Positions 59,431 to 64,000 of a DNA stretch of 64,000 bases are shown one piece after another (the first letter of the stretch is position 1; each line of letters starts with the position of its first letter). The DNA comes from an uncultured Chloroflexia bacterium (GTDB lineage: Bacteria; Chloroflexota; Limnocylindria; Limnocylindrales; CSP1-4). The notes under the pieces are model-generated. The model saw nothing but the letters and a program-made list of their open reading frames with translations, did not search any database and was not told where the DNA came from. Location of the stretch: contig CAWEZH010000002.1 of NCBI GenBank assembly GCA_963813535.1, positions 1,440,001-1,504,000 on the forward strand, written 5' to 3'. A program made the position numbers and the translations under genes.

Positions 59431-59460
59431 GATGGAAGCCTATCGGAAGGGAGGCGCCGG

Positions 59461-60243
59461 ATGGGTCTGCTCGAGGGCAAGAACGCGCTGGTCTTCGGGG
59501 TGGCCAACGACCACTCCATCGCGTGGGGCATCGCGCGCGCCCTCCACGGCGAAGGTGCCTCGGTCGGCTTCTCGTCGATCGAGAGCTTGATCGACAAGCG
59601 CGTCCGGCCGCTCGCGGAATCCATCGGTTCGACCTTCGTCGAGCCCGCCGACGTCCAGTCCGACGCCGACATCGAGCGCGTCTTCGCGCGCTGGGGCGAG
59701 TCGAACGACCACCTGGACATCCTCGTCCATGCCCTCGCCTTCGCGAAGCGCGAGGACCTGTCCGGCGGCTTCGTCGAGACGTCCCGCGACGGGTTCGCGC
59801 TGGCCATGGACGTGTCGGCATACTCGCTCGTCGCGATCGCCCGCGCGGCACGGCCGTACCTGCGCCCGGGGACGTCGATCATGACGCTGACCTACTACGG
59901 GTCCGAGAAGGTCGTTGCGAACTACAACGTCATGGGCGTGGCCAAGGCGGCGCTCGAGGCGTCGGTGCGCTACCTCGCCGCCGATCTCGGACCCGCCGGC
60001 GTCCGGGTCAACGCGATCAGCGCCGGGCCGATCCGGACGCTGGCGGCGAGCGGCATCGCCGGGTTCAAGAAGATGTACGGCGCCTTCGATGAGGTGGCGC
60101 CGCTGCGCTCGAACATCTCGATCGACGATGTCGGGCGAACGGCGGTCTACCTCGCCTCGGACCTCTCGAGCGCGGTCACCGGCGAGGTCATCTATGTCGA
60201 CGGCGGGTTCAACATCGTCGGCGTCCCGACCGGCGGCGACTAG
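59461..60243 (+). CDS. fabI: Enoyl-ACP reductase
   Basis: GVANDHSIAWGIA, SAYSL, YNVMGVAKAALE, SAGPIRTLA. Confidence 0.96.
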   Translation: MGLLEGKNALVFGVANDHSIAWGIARALHGEGASVGFSSIESLIDKRVRPLAESIGSTFVEPADVQSDADIERVFARWGESNDHLDILVHALAFAKREDLSGGFVETSRDGFALAMDVSAYSLVAIARAARPYLRPGTSIMTLTYYGSEKVVANYNVMGVAKAALEASVRYLAADLGPAGVRVNAISAGPIRTLAASGIAGFKKMYGAFDEVAPLRSNISIDDVGRTAVYLASDLSSAVTGEVIYVDGGFNIVGVPTGGD

Positions 60244-60262
60244 CCCGGGCGATCCGCCTGGA

Positions 60263-61024
60263 TCAGCCGGCGGTCAGGTGGCCGACCAGTGCCTCGAGGT
60301 CCGGGATGGCCATCGCACCGGCCGCCCGTCCGACGACGTTCCCGTCGCTGCCGACGAAGACCCAGAGCGGGTACGCGGTCAGGCCGTATGCCTCGGCGAC
60401 GCTGTTCGTGGGATCGGCGATGACCGGGGCCGTCCAGCCTTCGCGGTCGAGCCACACATCGGGCGGGTAGTTCGGCTGCGAGGGATCGATCCCGGTCGCG
60501 ACCGCGACGAGATCGACGTCCTCCGGGACGCCGCCGGCGTTGACCCAGGTCTGGACGAGCGGCACCTCAGCCTGGCAGTGGGGACACCAGTGGGCAAGGA
60601 ACAGGATCACCTTGGCACGGCCATCGGGCTCGATGGCGACCGGCGCGCCGTCGAAGTTCGCTCCCGACACCTCGGGTGCCGCCAGGCCCACCGCGGCGTC
60701 GTTGTCGGGCCCCTGGAACGGCGGCAGCGGGTCGCCGGCGATGACCGGCGGCTGGACGGCGACGGCCGATCCCGCTCCGGGCGCCGCACCGGATCCTCCG
60801 GCTGCCGCTCCCGACGCGCTCGGCCGCAGCGACGAGCTGCCGCCGCCCGTTGGTCCACCGGCGCCGGGCAGGACGATGGCCAGGACCGCGGCGACCACCA
60901 CGACCACGGCGATGAGACCCGGCAGCAGCCAGCGCGACATGGGTGAGTGGCGCTCGCCCGTGCTCCGCGCCTCCGCACGGGCGGCTCGGCGGCGGGCGCG
61001 TCGGTCGCCGGGGGGCTGGGTCAT
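60263..61024 (-). CDS. Membrane-anchored thioredoxin-like (TlpA/DsbE) oxidoreductase
   Basis: N-terminal TM, WCPHC, YP cis-Pro motif. Confidence 0.9.
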   Translation of the reverse strand: MTQPPGDRRARRRAARAEARSTGERHSPMSRWLLPGLIAVVVVVAAVLAIVLPGAGGPTGGGSSSLRPSASGAAAGGSGAAPGAGSAVAVQPPVIAGDPLPPFQGPDNDAAVGLAAPEVSGANFDGAPVAIEPDGRAKVILFLAHWCPHCQAEVPLVQTWVNAGGVPEDVDLVAVATGIDPSQPNYPPDVWLDREGWTAPVIADPTNSVAEAYGLTAYPLWVFVGSDGNVVGRAAGAMAIPDLEALVGHLTAG

Positions 61025-61594
61025 CGGTCACTCCATCGGTCGGTCTCGTCCGGGTCGCGGACGATGAGCAGCGTGAGGATCGAGCAGGAAGGCGGTCAGC
61101 GCGAGCGTCGGCAGGCTGAAGATGCCGAAGACGCGGAACCACACCACGGTGCACGGCGTAGCGACGGCGCACGAGCCGGTGTCGAGGGACGGGATCCACT
61201 CGAGGGCGACATGGTAGCCCGCGATGAGCGCACCGATCGCTGCAAGGGCGGCGGCACCGGTCGGCACGCGCCGCTGCCGGCGGAGCATCGCGACCCCCAG
61301 GATCACCACGAGCGGGTACATCGCGATCCGCTGGTACCAGCACAGGGTGCACGGCTCGTATCCAGCCACTTCCGAGAAGTAGAGGCTGCCGGCGGTGGCG
61401 AGGAAGGCGACGATCCACGCCGCGATGACCGCTCGCGACTGGACGGCACGGGCGATCGCGGCATAGGCGTCAAGCGCCGGGTCCGACTGGATGGCGAGCA
61501 CGCGCAGGGCCCCGATGACGACCACGGCGACGATCGCGGCGATCGCAAGGATCCCGTAGAACCGCTGGACCAGATCGACCGTCAGCTCAGGCAT
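61021..61594 (-). CDS. DsbB/BdbC disulfide-bond formation protein (probable 1-nt insertion near 61081)
   Basis: GSLYFSE, PCTLCWYQRIAMYP, YH, second Cys pair. The as-read frame stops at 61028; the corrected frame stops at 61021. Confidence 0.88.
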
Positions 61595-62033
61595 CGACGG
61601 CGGCGGCCCGGCACGTTGCACAGACCCCCGTCAAGGTGAGATGCGGCACGTCGACCTCGAAGCCGTGCCCCGTTCGCACCGCGTCGACGGCCGTGACGAC
61701 GGCCGGGTCGTCCATCGTCAGCTCCCACGATCCGGAGCAGACGCGGCAGTACAGGTGGGCGTGCTCCGCGGCCGGCAGCACGTGGAACTCCTCGCGGCCG
61801 TCGGCACCATGGCTGTGGCGGATGACGCCGAGCTCCTCGAGGACGTCGAGCGTGCGGTAGACCGTCGAGGGGATCGTGTCGGGGTCGATGGCCCGACAGC
61901 GCTCGACGAGCTCCGCGCCCGTCACGTGACCATCGGCCTGCGAGAGGACCTCGACGAGGATCCGGCGCTGTGGCGTCCAGCGCAGGCCGCGGGCCCGAAG
62001 CTGATCCGGGATCCCCGCCCAGGGTCGAGCCAC
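61587..62033 (-). CDS. Fur-family metalloregulator (Nur/Zur-like)
   Basis: GLRWTPQR, STVYRTL, HSH, HAHLYCRVC, GVCATC. Confidence 0.92.
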   Translation of the reverse strand: MARPWAGIPDQLRARGLRWTPQRRILVEVLSQADGHVTGAELVERCRAIDPDTIPSTVYRTLDVLEELGVIRHSHGADGREEFHVLPAAEHAHLYCRVCSGSWELTMDDPAVVTAVDAVRTGHGFEVDVPHLTLTGVCATCRAAAVDA

Positions 62034-62178
62034 GTCCGGTTCCCACGCTGGCGATGATCCTTGTGCGCGCATCGCGCGAAGTATAGGTGGACAAGAGCGA
62101 CGCACTGCAGATGCAACGTGTTGCGATACCGCGGCACAAGCCGTACGCTAGTCGCCCCTGGAACGAGGTCCGCAACCT

Positions 62179-63141
62179 GTGCTCGACGTCCTGTTCGCCA
62201 CCGCCACGTCACCAGCCGGACTCGGGGTACTGGTCACTGGCCTTGCGCTTGGCATCCGCCACGGGATCGACTGGGATCACATCGCGGCGATCACCGATAT
62301 CACCAGCACGACCGCCGCTGCGGGCGTCGCGGAGGCTGCCCACGAGGAGCAGCATCGGTCGGTCAGCGGCGACCACCACGGGCACGGCGGCGCACTCGAG
62401 ATGCACGCCCATGACGCGGGTCCCGGTGCTGCCACGCTCGCCCCGGCCACTCGCGGCGGTCAGAGCTCGATCAAGAAATTCGGCCGCGACCAGGCCGAGG
62501 CGATCCAGCTCGGGACGCTGTATGCCCTCGGTCACGGCGTCGTGGTGATCGCGCTCGGGATCGCCGCGCTGGCATTCGGCGCGCTCCTGCCCGACTGGCT
62601 CGACCCGATCATGGGCAGGATCGTGGGCGTGACGCTGGTCGGGCTCGGTCTGTGGGTGCTCTACTCGGTCTATCGCTACGCCCGCGGCGGCGAGACGTTC
62701 CGGCTTCGCAGCCGCTGGATGCTCGTCTTCGACGGTGTCCGCTACGCATGGCGGCGGTTCGGGGCCCGACTCCACGGGCACGAGCACGTCGAGCCCCTCG
62801 AGATGAGCTCGTACGGCCCGAAGACCTCCTTCGGCGTCGGCATGATCCACGGCATCGGCGCGGAGACCGGGACCCAGGTGCTGCTCATCGCGGCCGTCGG
62901 CGGGGCGGCGAGTGCCGGGCTGGGCATCCCGATGCTCTTCGCGTTCGTGATCGGTCTGCTCATCTCGAACCTCGCGATCGTCCTCCTGACGTCGGTCGGG
63001 TTCGTCGCCAGCCAGACGCGCGAGCGGATCTACGTTGCGGTCGGCCTCGTCGCCGGGCTGTTCAGCCTCGTCCTCGGGACGATCTACGTCCTGTCGCTGG
63101 ATGCGATCGTCCCCGAGATGGACTCGCTGCTGCCGTTCTAG
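62179..63141 (+). CDS. NiCoT-family (HoxN/NixA/RcnA-like) nickel/cobalt transporter
   Basis: GIRHGIDWDHIAAI, His-rich loop, LGHG, GMIHG.GAET. Confidence 0.88.
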   Translation: MLDVLFATATSPAGLGVLVTGLALGIRHGIDWDHIAAITDITSTTAAAGVAEAAHEEQHRSVSGDHHGHGGALEMHAHDAGPGAATLAPATRGGQSSIKKFGRDQAEAIQLGTLYALGHGVVVIALGIAALAFGALLPDWLDPIMGRIVGVTLVGLGLWVLYSVYRYARGGETFRLRSRWMLVFDGVRYAWRRFGARLHGHEHVEPLEMSSYGPKTSFGVGMIHGIGAETGTQVLLIAAVGGAASAGLGIPMLFAFVIGLLISNLAIVLLTSVGFVASQTRERIYVAVGLVAGLFSLVLGTIYVLSLDAIVPEMDSLLPF

Positions 63142-63181
63142 CCGGGGGCTCGGCCGGCGGGCGTGGCGGCCGTCGCCGAGG

Positions 63182-63907
63182 TCAGTCCGCGGTGCGAAGC
63201 TGGAAGCGCCGGAGCGCGAGCGCGGCGATCGCGAACCCGCCGATCGTCACTACCGAGAGGATCGCGACGGAGACGCCGAGGGCGAGCGGTGCCGCCTCTC
63301 CGACGCCGCCCGTGAGCGCTGACGCCACGCCCAGCGTGGCCTGACGCACCGAGAGGAAGCGCGTGCCCTCCAGGAGCCCGGCCAGGACACCCTCCCAGAT
63401 GAGCGTGTAGCCCAGGCCGATCACGAGGGCCCGCCCCGTGATCACGCCGAGGGCCGTGAAGCCGATCGCATACGCGGCGCCACCGAGGAGACCGGCGACC
63501 GCGAACCCGACGGTCGTCTGGATCGAGTCCGGACCGAGGCCACCGAGCAGCAGTCCCGTGACGATGATCGGCGGGACGATGAGGATCGATGTCAGGAACG
63601 CGGCCACCAGCACCTTGGCCAGGGCGATCTGCCAGCGCGGCACCGGCTTGGCCAGCTGGAATACGAGCGTGCCGTCCTCGATCTCGGAACCGATGGCACC
63701 GGTCCCTACGACCAGCGCGACCAGCGGACAGACGGTCCGGATGACGAGCGCGTCGAGGATCTCCGGGGCGTCGGGCCGTCCGCCGCCGACACGCACGAGG
63801 ATGCCGAGCAGCACGGGCAGGACCGCGAGCAGGGCGATCGTGATCGTCCGTCGCCGACCGACCAGGGCCCGCAGCGTGACGATGACGATGGCGCGCAACG
63901 CCCTCAT
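63182..63907 (-). CDS. ABC-2 type permease
   Basis: IGSEIEDGTL...KPVPR...AK; 6 TM. Confidence 0.88.
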   Translation of the reverse strand: MRALRAIVIVTLRALVGRRRTITIALLAVLPVLLGILVRVGGGRPDAPEILDALVIRTVCPLVALVVGTGAIGSEIEDGTLVFQLAKPVPRWQIALAKVLVAAFLTSILIVPPIIVTGLLLGGLGPDSIQTTVGFAVAGLLGGAAYAIGFTALGVITGRALVIGLGYTLIWEGVLAGLLEGTRFLSVRQATLGVASALTGGVGEAAPLALGVSVAILSVVTIGGFAIAALALRRFQLRTAD

Positions 63908-64000
63908 CGACGGACCAGGTAGCTGAAGACGCTCTCGAGCGTGTCGTCGGTGGGTGTCAGCTCGAAGAGCCTGATGCCGGCCCCCCGCGCGACCGGCGCG
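63904..64000 (-). CDS. ABC transporter ATP-binding protein, C-terminal fragment
   Basis: ...GIRLFELTPTDDTLESVFSYLVRR*; ATGA overlap with the permease. Confidence 0.7.
   Translation of the reverse strand, partial: APVARGAGIRLFELTPTDDTLESVFSYLVRR

Noticed and set aside
62038-62044. Additional GGGAACC hits (also 7473, 56560) as ECF regulon members
   Set aside because: They lack GGTGTA at the 14-nt spacing and most are in coding sequence.

Overview
A high-GC bacterial chromosomal window with about 60 densely packed CDS. Gene style suggests Chloroflexota (Limnocylindria-like) or an actinobacterium; this is inference only. No rRNA, tRNA, CRISPR, prophage or transposase is visible. Content: central and amine metabolism (mmsA, mdh, pckA, aldehyde dehydrogenases, class III aminotransferases, two-subunit CoA-transferase, fabI); sulfur metabolism (SAM-I riboswitch ahead of a ThrC-like enzyme plus MoaD/ThiS-type sulfur carrier, cystathionine beta-synthase, cystathionine gamma-lyase/synthase, sufB/sufD/Rieske); envelope genes (lgt, a degenerate Lgt paralogue, plsC, menA-like, MMPL/TetR); three ECF sigma/anti-sigma pairs; and a Fur-family/DsbB/thioredoxin/NiCoT metal locus. 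The most notable unexplained signals are: (i) a LuxR-type ATPase regulator followed by a small exported protein built from three 21-aa tandem repeats; (ii) an exact GGGAACC-N14-GGTGTA promoter found three times, linking an ECF sigma to a beta-propeller lipoprotein and a distant cupredoxin; (iii) an orphan promoter driving a probable C-loop small RNA convergent on a BTAD regulator whose leader has G-rich loops; (iv) unrelated genes inserted with 4-bp overlaps inside sufB-sufD and inside the CoA-transferase A/B pair. Many genes appear leaderless. Several single-base insertions look like assembly errors.
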